Positions 25,501 through 37,109 of a stretch of 64,000 bases of DNA are shown in pieces (within the stretch, counting starts at the first letter, position 1; each line of letters begins with the position of its first letter). A program made the position numbers and the translations under genes. The notes under the pieces are model-generated. The model was not told where the DNA came from. It saw only the letters and a list, made by a program, of their open reading frames with translations, and searched no databases. Source of the DNA: Hormiphora californensis (lineage: Eukaryota > Animalia > Ctenophora); assembly GCA_020137815.1 (NCBI GenBank), contig CM035352.1, positions 8,990,001-9,054,000 on the forward strand, given 5' to 3'.

Positions 25501-28500
25501 CAGCATCAGCTTGAGATGGGGTAATGTGGATGCCAAGGCCTCCGTCCCTCGAGGGAAGAGCAAACACGGACCGTAGATGTTGTGGTAAATTGGGACCAAG
25601 TAATGCTGGGATAAAGGAGTTCGATATAGCCTCCTCAAGGGGGTCAAAAAGATTGCCAATGTCCGATGTTGTACGCATAAGAAACAACCATTTTTTCGAT
25701 AAACCCATTGAGTAACCACTATATGCACATTGGGGTTCAGAGAGGGCGATGGCAGACAACAACTCCACCTGTCTACACCATTCGTCAACCTTCCCAGACA
25801 CGAAAGTTGCCTTGAAATCAGCTGTCCCAATGGGGGACCCAAGATATCTAACACCATCAACCGTGACCACAACTCCTGTTCCATCAAATACTTCCTGTGC
25901 TCGACTGAGATGTTGTGGTTTCACCAGAAGCACTGATTTGGCCCCATTAGGATAGTATCCGTAACCAGGGCCACGTTCGCAGAGTTTATCCCACCAACGT
26001 TTGAGGTTAACCAAGCTTCCAGCACTGGCACCATCGTCTGCATAAAACATTTGGAACTCCACAATTGATGATAAATCGTTCATAAGGGGGTACAGCGAGA
26101 TAGAATAAAACGGGGCCGCTGCATTGTCGCCTTGAGTAGTACCCTCCCTCGACATAATAAATTTGCCATTGTATAAAAAGAGTTTGGATGGTAAACGGTA
26201 TATATTGATTAAAAAAATAGAAAAAACGGGGCATAAAAATCTCACATTTACTAAGGCAGTTTTTCGATTTAAAATGTTGAACGCATTTGAGGCATCAGCA
26301 CACAATATCCCTTCACACTCATCATTCTCCCAATAACTGTTCATGGCATGAATCGCCGCTTCACATCCACCTTCCTGACCAGCTGCCAGTTGAAGGGGCC
26401 CTGCAGCATTGATAATGTCTGATTTCAGGAATTGAGTCACTGTTCGCCCTACTATCCTTCTGAGAATTTCACCTACCCCTATGGGTCGAACTCCAGGGTT
26501 TTTATTCAGTCCAATTAACCTACAGGAAACTAAACTGGAGATAGTGGATGGGTCAATGAGCTCCGTACACAGTCGGCGGGTTACACGAGCCAGCGTGTTG
26601 CTGAGATTGTCACCTTCACGGGCAAAAGCTCGAGAACACAGCATTCTACTCCACAGGTCATCTGTCATGCCACTGGGGCCACATCCTCCACGAGTAGACT
26701 TTGCTGCCTTTTTGATGTCACTCCCGCCAATTGCATCAAAGATAACATGTTCAAAAGCAGGTGCAGGTCCTGAAGATAATAGGTGTGTACGATTCAAGGG
26801 CCCATCAGGAGGGTGTTTTGATTCGAGAGCAGCGATTAGTTCAGGAGTAACCTCCAGGGGCTCTGACTGGGCCTTGCCGACGAGTCTCATTGCACTACCC
26901 ACACGTCCATTAAACATCAACCTAGAAAAACCTCGACTAATACTCTCTTTGCTGGGACCACTTTTACGGAGACGCTTCTGAATCTCTCTCGCTTCTGATA
27001 ACAGTTCTGAAAATGATCCTTTCTTCCAAAGGTCAAGTCTCCGGGTTAGAGCAACTTTGTTTTCCTTGGCAGTTGATCTCTTTCCTGGATTTTGGAGCAG
27101 AAGTGCCCCGATGGTATGAATAGCAAGAATTGCTACCTGCTCCAGGTCTGATTTGTTGACCCAGGCGTTGGCGAGACGATCTATTTCAGAAACAAGGGCC
27201 CGCCCCGATGTGCCTTTAGGGAGCTTAAACATGTTTGGCCGCCAGCCAACGATGTCGGAGTAGGCCTTGAGAAGCTCGACCTCTATTTCTTGTCCCTTTA
27301 GAGCTCCCCAGGAGGCGGTGAGGGGTTGTGCCTGTTGGAAATCAGGAATAAGACAACAGTTGTGGCAGAACCATTTGGCGTCAGATAATTGAAGATTAGA
27401 GAATTGTTCGTCAGATAGACTGGCACATGTTGGGTGGTACCAGGACTGACAATTGTCACACAGAATTGATTGCCAAGAGGGCGTAAATTGAACGAAACCT
27501 GTGGAACATGTAGGGCAGTTCGTGACAGTATCGTCTGTGGACTTCGTCTCGTCGTGGCTGTGCCGTTCGTTTCTCTTCTTCTTGCCATTATCTGCAACGA
27601 CCATTGAGGCAGCCACAAGGACCACCTCAAATTCCGACAAATTTTGAGTAATAACAACAAAATGAGACGATATATTTAAAACAAAGGGGTAATGGAGAAA
27701 GTGTAGAGAGAGAGAGAGAGAACTGATAAGTAAAAGAACTGGTGGGCCATGATAGGTACACCGTAACGGGGTACCTATCATCACTTTCTCATTTATAGGG
27801 TTTCCCTCTCTCACACAAACACTTTTTCCCACCTCTTCCCAAGACAGTGTGACGGTCCCACACTTCATGTAGAGAGATGGAGGAAAACACAGAGAGAAAC
27901 CATATGTTTCTCTCTCTCTCTCTCTCTGTCCATCTTTATCTCTTCAGTCTCCCTCAACCTCCCCCTCTAGACACACTACACTGTAAAAACAGGATTCCAC
28001 CCTTGATCTGTGAGAGCCTCATCAATACATCCCTCACACAGCCCCCAAGAAAGAAAGAGAGAGAGAGGGACAGAGAAAACATCTCCATAATATCGGGTGG
28101 ATAATAATATTAGCTAGTTGGGTCAGTACCAATTATGCTAATTACCTGAACAGGCGGTACGTTATGTTTCTTGATAAATATCTCCTCGATCACCATTTGA
28201 CTAGCACTAACTAGTTGAGCAAGGAGAATACTGTGCTGTGATTGGCTAATGGAGGTCACGTGACACCAATACTGTGCTGTGATTGGCTAATGGAGGTCAC
28301 GTGACACCAATACTGTGCTGTGATTGGCTAATGTTACCTGAACAGGCGGTACATTATGTTTCTTAATAAATATCTCCTCGATCACCATCTGGCTAGCACT
28401 AACTAGCTGAGCAAGGAGAATCAGGATGATGCCTAATAGCATCTCAGCGTGTGTAACACCACTGTCTTGTGTAGCGCTACTACCTGAAACAGAGCTGTTA

Positions 28501-30010
28501 TTGGCTGGAGATAATACTGTGTTGTGATTGGCTAATGGAGGTCACGTGTCACCAATACTGTGCTGTGATTGGCTAATGTTACCTAGAACGGAGGAGAGGC
28601 CGACCATTGCCAAACCCACCATCACAAATGCCATTCCTATCCAGTTAGTAGGGTAGAGACGCCGTTTTAGGAAGATTACCTGTAATGATACCCTGGATTA
28701 GTCCACAACTGGGGTCTGTGGGCCCGGGGTGGGGGAGGGGGGTGGGGGCTGTAATACTACAACTAAGTGGTAGTAGTATCTGACTGTGGTCTGGAATCCC
28801 CTTGTATTAGTGTACTTTCTTTAGTTTCCATGTGATGCAATGTATTAGGCTCACCGATAGAATCCCCGCAAACACTATGATAGCTCCTCTAAGCATCTGC
28901 CACACAGAGGCCGGTACATACAGCAGACCAATACCAGATAAAGTTGTACCAATCAGATCACAGCATGTTGGTAACACGAATATACCAGTCAGAACCCGCC
29001 TGGAACATGTTTTTAAGTGAGTCAGGGGAGAGATAGACAGAAAATGCCCCGGGGGGCTTGCTGAAGTTTTTGTACTTCCCCCCTCGCACTACTTCCTCCT
29101 CTATGGCAGTGTTACCATCCTCCATGTACCCTCTCCCCACACTGCACCACCCCCCCCCCCTCACCCTCCACCCCGCCCTCCACCCCAACGCCCCACCCCC
29201 GCACCCACCCGCCCTCCACCACCGCACCCCCTCCACCCCCAACCGCCCCCGCCCCCTCCACCCAGCCCCCCTCCACTACTTACTCAGGTTCCTCCTCTCC
29301 CTCCTCCTGGATGGCAGTGTTCCCACCCGCCCTCCACCCAACCGCCCCGCACCCCCTCCACCCCCAACCGCCCCAGCCCCCTCCACTACTTACTCAGGCG
29401 ATTCCGAAGTAAGTAAGAAGTAAAGTAACCTCCACCCGCCCTCCACCCCACCGCCCCGCCCTCCACCCGCACCCCTCCACTACTTACTCAGGTTCCTCCT
29501 CTCCCTCCTCCTGGATTGCTGTGTTCCCATCCTCCCTGTACCCACCCTCCACCCAACCCCCTCCAAGGCCGCCCGCGCCCCCCATCTCCCCCTCCACCCC
29601 GCCCCCCCCCCCGCACCCACCCGCCCTCCACCCCACCCCCTCCACTACTTACTCAGGCGATTCCTCTACCTCCTCCTGGATGGCTGTGTTACCATCACTT
29701 GATGACTTTCTCTTCCGTCGCTGCCACTCGTACACAAACAGACACAATGCCTCACCATAGAACATCAGCAGGGTCTGAGAGAGGGGGATTGTTTAGTTAG
29801 GGTGGGATGATTAATTAATTATGAAATTGAAAAGAAAATCAAATCTCTCTATCTCCTAACCTGGAACCAGGGATGGTTAAACTTGTGCTCTTCTCCATAC
29901 TTCCCCGCTGCCACACTGTCGTTCTGCGCCTTCTTGGTGAGGGTGTTGAATGAACCTGTAACCAACATACCCACCACGAGTATAACTGTGTAGAGTTGGA
30001 TAGAGGCCAT
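22532..30010 (-). CDS. SLC35F6: Solute carrier family 35 member F6 (TANGO9-like nucleotide-sugar transporter), about 393 aa
   Basis: Nine phase-consistent exons: 30010-29861, 29774-29653, 28999-28855, 28679-28583, 28483-28338, 24288-24160, 23967-23878, 23191-23073, 22715-22532. Motifs GMLVTGSFNTL, FNHPWFQ, MFYGEALCL, CDLIGT, QMLRGAIIVF, QMVIEE, VGMEGCFG, SIAFYNFFGLSVTK, RTLIDACRT, FLQLGGF. Confidence 0.92.
23395..23887. repeat. Variable 33-41-bp tandem array repeating the SLC35F6 exon 7 end and donor
   Basis: Minus-strand unit ...GTTACCAAG|gtaaaactcagtagttgttaccatg, about 13 copies. Confidence 0.9.
24411..27646 (-). mobile_element. Apparently full-length CRE-like non-LTR retrotransposon in SLC35F6 intron 5
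   Basis: Single long ORF, short 3' UTR and A7 tail at 24411-24417. The 8-bp TSD AGTAATAA is at 24403-24410 and 27647-27654. Confidence 0.88.
24521..27604 (-). CDS. Retrotransposon ORF: PHD finger, reverse transcriptase, Zn motif and restriction-like endonuclease
   Basis: PHD CPTC..CDNCQSWYHPTC..WFCHNC. RT motifs GVRPIGVGE, DASNAFN, GTTQGD, FYADD, YLGSPIG. C-terminal CACG..EHCLSC, RHN, RLDV and EK..Y. The likely start is MVVADN at 27604, because the longer ORF extends beyond the TSD. Confidence 0.92.
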   Translation of the reverse strand: MVVADNGKKKRNERHSHDETKSTDDTVTNCPTCSTGFVQFTPSWQSILCDNCQSWYHPTCASLSDEQFSNLQLSDAKWFCHNCCLIPDFQQAQPLTASWGALKGQEIEVELLKAYSDIVGWRPNMFKLPKGTSGRALVSEIDRLANAWVNKSDLEQVAILAIHTIGALLLQNPGKRSTAKENKVALTRRLDLWKKGSFSELLSEAREIQKRLRKSGPSKESISRGFSRLMFNGRVGSAMRLVGKAQSEPLEVTPELIAALESKHPPDGPLNRTHLLSSGPAPAFEHVIFDAIGGSDIKKAAKSTRGGCGPSGMTDDLWSRMLCSRAFAREGDNLSNTLARVTRRLCTELIDPSTISSLVSCRLIGLNKNPGVRPIGVGEILRRIVGRTVTQFLKSDIINAAGPLQLAAGQEGGCEAAIHAMNSYWENDECEGILCADASNAFNILNRKTALVNVRFLCPVFSIFLINIYRLPSKLFLYNGKFIMSREGTTQGDNAAAPFYSISLYPLMNDLSSIVEFQMFYADDGASAGSLVNLKRWWDKLCERGPGYGYYPNGAKSVLLVKPQHLSRAQEVFDGTGVVVTVDGVRYLGSPIGTADFKATFVSGKVDEWCRQVELLSAIALSEPQCAYSGYSMGLSKKWLFLMRTTSDIGNLFDPLEEAISNSFIPALLGPNLPQHLRSVFALPSRDGGLGIHITPSQADAEFSNSTQATAPLKELILEQRLSIDDERAGRFISDSKEAKSDVVKKKRKIQSTEKESACGNIPENERRLFDEISSRGASSWLTALPLKEHGFVLNKQQFHDALLLRYNLPFQNIPLSCACGKVNTLEHCLSCALGGYVYMRHNNIRDLTANILLEAGCKDVEVEPQLLPISGETFNYRSTITENSARLDVSARGVWSPLDKVYTDIRVFNSLAPTNNRQSVDDTFRRHEQEKIRNYNDRVIQVEKATFMPLVFSTTGLMGPKAEVFYKRAATLLSNKTGHTYSDSIRYIRLRLSFCLLKTILISIRGYRGNCFTRFNSYDNDFNLII

Positions 30011-30741
30011 ATTGTATAGTCTAGCATTGGGGGATGATTCGTTAGTTGGATAGAGGCCATTATATTAGTAGCTAACATTGGGGGGGGGGGGGATTCGTTA
30101 GTTGGATAGAGGCCATATCAGTAGCTATTAGAAGGGGGATGATTCGTTAGTTGGATAGAGGCCATTATATTAGTAGCTAACATTGGGGGGGGGGATTCGT
30201 TAGTTGGATAGAGGCCATAACGTCTAACATTGGGTTATTTGTTAGGATTATTTGTTAGCATGTAAAGGGGTATTGGCTGAACAGTATGCCTCAGGGGGCT
30301 TGTTCAGACTGTTTGGGGATAAATCAGAATCACCGCAGAATCTGACTCATTCGGCATCACATGTGGCACAGATGAGGCCGAATGAGTCAGTCCGTCATAC
30401 TGAGTCTGAACACAAAAAAGGGGATGTGGCAGTACAGTCATATCAGACGATACCGGAACCCTAATTACCATGGCAACTATAAAAAATCTTGACTTATCTC
30501 TTGACTTATCTCAACCACTGCATCAAATGGTAATATAGATTGAAACTACAGCTCTAGCTCTATATTGAGAACAGTCCTGCAGGCCCCCCCCCCAGGCAGC
30601 TCTCTATACTGAGTCCTGCAGGGGGCCCCATCGTTGTTAGTTTTACATGATCTGCTAGCTTGTACTACGGTCAAGTTAAAGTCTAAACTCTCCATGTCTA
30701 TCTCTTGGTATTTTACTATTTTTTTCTCAACCATCTAGGAA

Positions 30742-30909
<168 letters not shown>

Positions 30910-31166
30910 CTCTGGTAAATAAGTGCATGACCGCGTCCCTCAAACTCCAGCACAACGTGCAAGATGAGCACTCAGATAATGACGAGCCGGGAGACTGGCA
31001 CACACGATTCAGAGGGGGTTTATAATGCGACATGAATTGATCGGTCTATTACTCAGCTGAGGTGTCACCAATGTTGTTGTTACAGGGCCTCCCTCCGGAG
31101 ATAGCTCCCAGCTGGCACGTCACGTCTCTGGGAGATCTCCAGAGGTGCAAGGGAGGCCGTTTGCGT

Positions 31167-32551
<1,385 letters not shown>

Positions 32552-32685
32552 GTAGTTTAGTAACTAATTCGGTTTTTCAGGACTATTTGTCGTTTATTTC
32601 AACATTTTGAATAGGGTGAATTAATACTGTATAACAGATATATATTTTGTCAGCACTTGGTTAACATTCACATTTCTTACACAGA

Positions 32686-33459
32686 ATGAAAGTCCTACTT
32701 TTGTTACTGATTGTTGCAACTCTGGCAGCTGCAAACCGGCACTGTGGCACCGGTCCACTGCAGAAGGATTACAGGGGTACAATTGCCAAAACTAAATCAG
32801 GGCTAAAATGCCAAAAGTGGACCAGCCAAAGTCCTCATAATCACAGCAGAAACCCAGAAAAGTAAGTGGTGCACACCCCAGAAATCTATACCAGTCGTCT
32901 ACTATATTTCACTGCATCTTACTGTTTCAGGACCCCTAATTCACCATGATCTCAACAAGTTTTATTTCAGGACCCCTAATTCACCCCTAATTTCAGGACC
33001 CCAGGAACTGCTCCTTCATCAAACCAATTATTTCAGGACCCCAGGAACTGATCCTTCATCAAACCAATTATTTCAGGACCCCAGGAACTGCTCCTTCATC
33101 AAACCAATTATTTCAGGACCCCAGGAACTGCTCCTTCATCAAACCAATTATTTCAGGACCCCAGGAACTGCTCCTTCATCAAACCAATTATTTCAGGACC
33201 CCAGGAACTGCTCCTTCATCAAACTAATTATTTCAGGACCCCAGGAACTGGTACGGGAGACCACAACTACTGCAGGAATCCAGACAATGAGCCTGAGGGT
33301 GCTTGGTGCTACACTGTCAATCCCAGGGAGAGATGGCAGTACTGTCCCGTTCCTAAATGCGGTCCCGATGGTAGGCCCCCACGTCCTCCTCCCGGTGAAC
33401 GCCGTGGAGGTCGTGGAGGTCGTCGTGGAGGCCGCCGTCGTCGTCGTGGTGGGCAGTAG
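32686..33459 (+). CDS. Secreted single-kringle protein with Pro- and Arg/Gly-rich C-terminal tail (about 132 aa)
   Basis: Exons 32686-32861 and 33237-33459, joined in phase 2. Signal peptide [16 protein letters not shown]. Kringle [42 protein letters not shown]. Tail [20 protein letters not shown]. Confidence 0.9.
32924..33250. repeat. 40-bp tandem array repeating the kringle exon 2 acceptor and exon start
   Basis: TTTCAG|GACCCCAGGAACTGCTCCTTCATCAAACCAATTA six times before the true exon, plus two shorter TTTCAGGACCCC copies upstream. Confidence 0.93.
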
Positions 33460-33974
33460 GCCCCCTCGCCTAGAGGATAGGAGCAAGCTGAGCTGTTTGA
33501 GCAGATCATGTGGACCCACTCCTTCTCCCCCCTGAGGAATGTAATTGAAATACTATTTAGTAGATTTGATCATTTCAACTGAATTTCTGCTGTTTCAAGC
33601 CGTCTTAATATTATTCATATGTCTCACTGAGGATGCACTGATCAAACAACGAATCACAACAAGGTGCACCCCCCTGGAGCTGCACTGATCAAACAACAAG
33701 GTGGAGGTGGGTACGAGTTGTCCCCTCTCTTAAAGTAACATCGTGAGAGAGGACAGCACATGAGCGAGAGAAAAGATATCATACCCAAAGTGTAGTCACA
33801 GGGTGTGGGAGGTGGTACAGACAGAACACCTTATCTTAAACAAGACTTGTAATAAGAGAAGAACAGGAATCAAACTTCATACACACAATCACATGACATA
33901 TAATAGGGAGTATAAAAAACAAAATCAACGATTATCAAAATTAAAACAAGATCTGAACTAGAGAGTCTTTGACT

Positions 33975-35434
33975 TCAGTTTTGGTTTTGAAGGGCAAGTT
34001 TAGCCTTCTCCAGCTCAATCAATAGTTCATAATACTGATCTAGGGACATCTCCATGGCAACGGATTCTGTGTTCCCATTTTCATCTTTCAGACCCAGGTC
34101 CATCTAAACAAGGAATAATGATTTGTGAGTTAATGAAGCTGAGTGACTTATAAAGGAGTGTTAATGAATTAATGAATTCATTAGCGAGAAAAATTTCTCG
34201 AATCGCATTTTCTTTATATGTACAATAAAATTTCTCGAATCACATTTTCTAAGCGAGAAAATTTCTCGAATCATAATTTTTAAGCGAAAAAATTTCTCAA
34301 ATTGCATTTTCTTTACAATAAAATTTCTCGAATCACATTTTCTAAGCGAGAAAATTTCTCGAATCGCAATTGTGCTTGCCTAGGAGGGTTAGAAGTTCTA
34401 TTTTCTCGCTTAGAAATTGCGAATCGAGACATTTTATCGCTAAGAAATCGGGATTTGAGAAATCTTCTCGCATAGAAACTACGATTCGAGAAATTTTCTC
34501 GCTTAGAAATTGCGAATCAAGACATTTTATCGCTAAGAAATTGTGCACAATTTTGTTATGTTCTAACTTAGAACATAACAAAATTGTTTCTATGCGAGAA
34601 GATTTCTCAAATCCCAATTTCTTAGCGATAAAATGTCTCGATTCGCAATTTCTAAGCGAGAAAATTTCTCGAATCGTAGTTTCTAAGCGAGATGATTTCT
34701 CAAATCGCAATTTCTAAGCGAGAAAATTCTCGAATCAGAATTTCTAAGCGAGACATTTTTTCGAATCGCAATTTCTAAGCGAGAAACTTTCTCAAATCGT
34801 ATTTTCTAAGCGAGAAAATTTCTCGAATCATAATTTCTAAGCGAGAAAATTTCTCGAATCACAATTTGTTAGCGATAACATTTCTCGAATCGCAATTTCT
34901 AAGCGAGAAAATTTCTCGAATCAGAATTTCTAAGCGAGACATTTTTTCGAATCGCAATTTCTAAGCGAGAAACTTTCTCAAATCGTATTTTCTAAGCGAG
35001 AAAATTTCTCGAATCGTAGTTTCTTAGCGAGAAGATTTCTCAAATCGCAATTTCTAAGCGAGAAAATTTCTCCAATCAGAATTTCTAAGCGAGACGTTTT
35101 CTCGAATCCGAATTTCTTGGCGAGAAAATTTCTCGAATCGCAATTTCTAAGCGAGAAAATTTCTCGACTGCAGCAATTTCTAAGCGAGAAACTTTCTCGA
35201 ATCGCAATTTCTAAGCGAGAATCGTATTTTACTATCCAGATGTGAATAAAATGACTAAATTAATGTTTACATATTTGGTTTGGTTGGTGAAATGGTGATG
35301 TGAGAGATAATGTCTGTTACCATGGTTACTGTGTGTTACTGTACCTGTACAAAGGTGTCTGTTGGAGCAACATTTGATTTTGAGGCGACAGTTACACCCC
35401 ACTTCCATTTCACATCACATACCTCCCTGGACAT
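33975..35434 (-). CDS. COMM-domain-only protein (COMMD6/COMMD7-like), 72 aa
   Basis: Exons 35434-35345 and 34103-33975 give MSREVCDVKWKWGVTVASKSNVAPTDTFVQ|MDLGLKDENGNTESVAMEMSLDQYYELLIELEKAK, the COMM-domain W-K-x-G-V...EM(S/T)LxQ(F/Y) pattern. Confidence 0.8.
34180..35225. repeat. Degenerate ~30-bp satellite with an internal inversion, filling the COMMD intron
   Basis: Repeated AATTTCTAAGCGAGAAAATTTCTCGAATCGC. The segment at about 34400-34545 is inverted. Confidence 0.9.
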
Positions 35435-35576
35435 GGCTAAAATATGGAAAGGTGGGGACTGGGGAAACACACCAATATGGCTAAAAATAGATCTACTGTA
35501 ACATAAAGGAAATTATATGAAGTTAAATTAAACAAAACTACTCCTGTTCTTAAAAACAAAAGGCTGACACGCCATG

Positions 35577-36998
35577 TTATTTCATAGATTCCTTCCACCA
35601 TTGACTGACACTAAAACTAACACTCAGTGATCTAACATGATGCCACCAATGTAGTGGTATATACAACACATCCCCCGGACCAACCTCTACATACCACGCC
35701 TGCTCCTTTATAAAATCAGATTCCACGTCAAGTTGACTAGTGTTGCTAAGCAACGTAGACTCGTGAGCTGCCATGGCTTCAACCCTACCAAACATGATAA
35801 ACCGTTTGTGGCCGTGGATCTGACAGAACAGATTATGATATCTGTCATGATGAAGGGGTGACACAGTACCCGCAGGACCGAACCAGCATTGATCGACACT
35901 ATTCTCGCTGAACAAACTGATATAGTCAAGGGGTGCTATATCGTTACGTAACGAGGGTATGTGATGAAACAAATCGAACTGAGCGAGATACCCAACGGAG
36001 TTATCAGCTGAACAGACGTGCTCCTTCACAAACATTTCCATCGTCATTAGTTTTTGTGTCCAATTTGCGCTGGTGTAGGAAGATCCAACCTCGACAGGAA
36101 CTGTTCTATCACCGAACCTGTCAACAAAATACTGAGGTGTCCATTTGGAGAGGGCAATCCAATGGTCGATCACACCTCGCATCACAAAGGGTTTCCCCAC
36201 TTGAACCAGTTGTACAAAACCCTCCATTGATGGCTGGTGATGAATCGGGACAGTGACGATATCGTTCAAATTCTGAAATGATGGGACTGGATTGGGTATT
36301 GGAGGTATCTCTACTACTAAATGTCTGGTATTGTTTCTGGATAGATCTTTCTGCAGGAGATCGGCTATTTCCTGAGTGAACTGTTCGTTTTGAAGAGGAG
36401 CACCCATAATCAGACCCATATCGCAATGTAACAAGGCAGCCTTGGTGACGTCACTTGGTGTTGCCTTGGTGACGTCACTTGGTGTTGCCTTGGTGACGTC
36501 ACTAAGTGTTGTTGCCATGGTGACACAACTTGGTGTTGCCATGGTGTCACAACTTGTTGTTGCCATGGTGTCACAACTTGGTGTTGCCATGGTGTCACAA
36601 CTTGTTGTTGCTATGGTGTCACAACTTGGTGTTGCCATGGTGTCACAACTTGTTGTTGCCTTGGCGACACCACAACTCGTCATTGTAAGGGTTGCCTCCA
36701 TGAGTCGCGCTACACGATACATAACCCTATACACCTCTGCAACATCCTTCCAATGACCAATATTCAACCTCTCCCACAGTAAATCTCTCAGAACACCACA
36801 CTCGAAAAGAGCAGTTGATAATAATCCTTTGGTGCCACCCACCTCATCAGACTGATTAGAAGATAAGATGTCTGTTGTGATGCTGATGCAGTCTCGGAAC
36901 ACTGCTGAGACGTGATCATGATCAGGAAGTAGTTTAGTCAGGTTTGTAGTGTAGAACTGAAGGGCATCTAGGGAGATTCTCTTGATCTTGTCACCCAT
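35577..36998 (-). CDS. KDM8: JmjC-domain protein KDM8/JMJD5
   Basis: Single-exon ORF with N-terminal LWERLNIGHWKDV, and a JmjC domain with RTVPVEVGSSYT, GYLAQFDLF, WFGPAGTVSPLHHD and WWHHVRSL (HxD...H). Carries an in-frame 8-aa repeat insert. Confidence 0.93.
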   Translation of the reverse strand: MGDKIKRISLDALQFYTTNLTKLLPDHDHVSAVFRDCISITTDILSSNQSDEVGGTKGLLSTALFECGVLRDLLWERLNIGHWKDVAEVYRVMYRVARLMEATLTMTSCGVAKATTSCDTMATPSCDTIATTSCDTMATPSCDTMATTSCDTMATPSCVTMATTLSDVTKATPSDVTKATPSDVTKAALLHCDMGLIMGAPLQNEQFTQEIADLLQKDLSRNNTRHLVVEIPPIPNPVPSFQNLNDIVTVPIHHQPSMEGFVQLVQVGKPFVMRGVIDHWIALSKWTPQYFVDRFGDRTVPVEVGSSYTSANWTQKLMTMEMFVKEHVCSADNSVGYLAQFDLFHHIPSLRNDIAPLDYISLFSENSVDQCWFGPAGTVSPLHHDRYHNLFCQIHGHKRFIMFGRVEAMAAHESTLLSNTSQLDVESDFIKEQAWYVEVGPGDVLYIPLHWWHHVRSLSVSFSVSQWWKESMK

Positions 36999-37109
36999 TC
37001 TACGTGTCTCTAGATTTAAAGCGTTGTTGAGTAAGAGGTGGGGGATTCAGCAAGATAAGTGACATAGTTCAACCTAAATTAGGGGTGAAGACTAAATTCT
37101 AGAACAAAC

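Noticed and set aside
27605-27868. N-terminal 88 aa of the 1115-aa ORF
   Set aside because: Mostly lies outside the TSD-defined element boundary at 27646, so it is a chance open frame in host intron.
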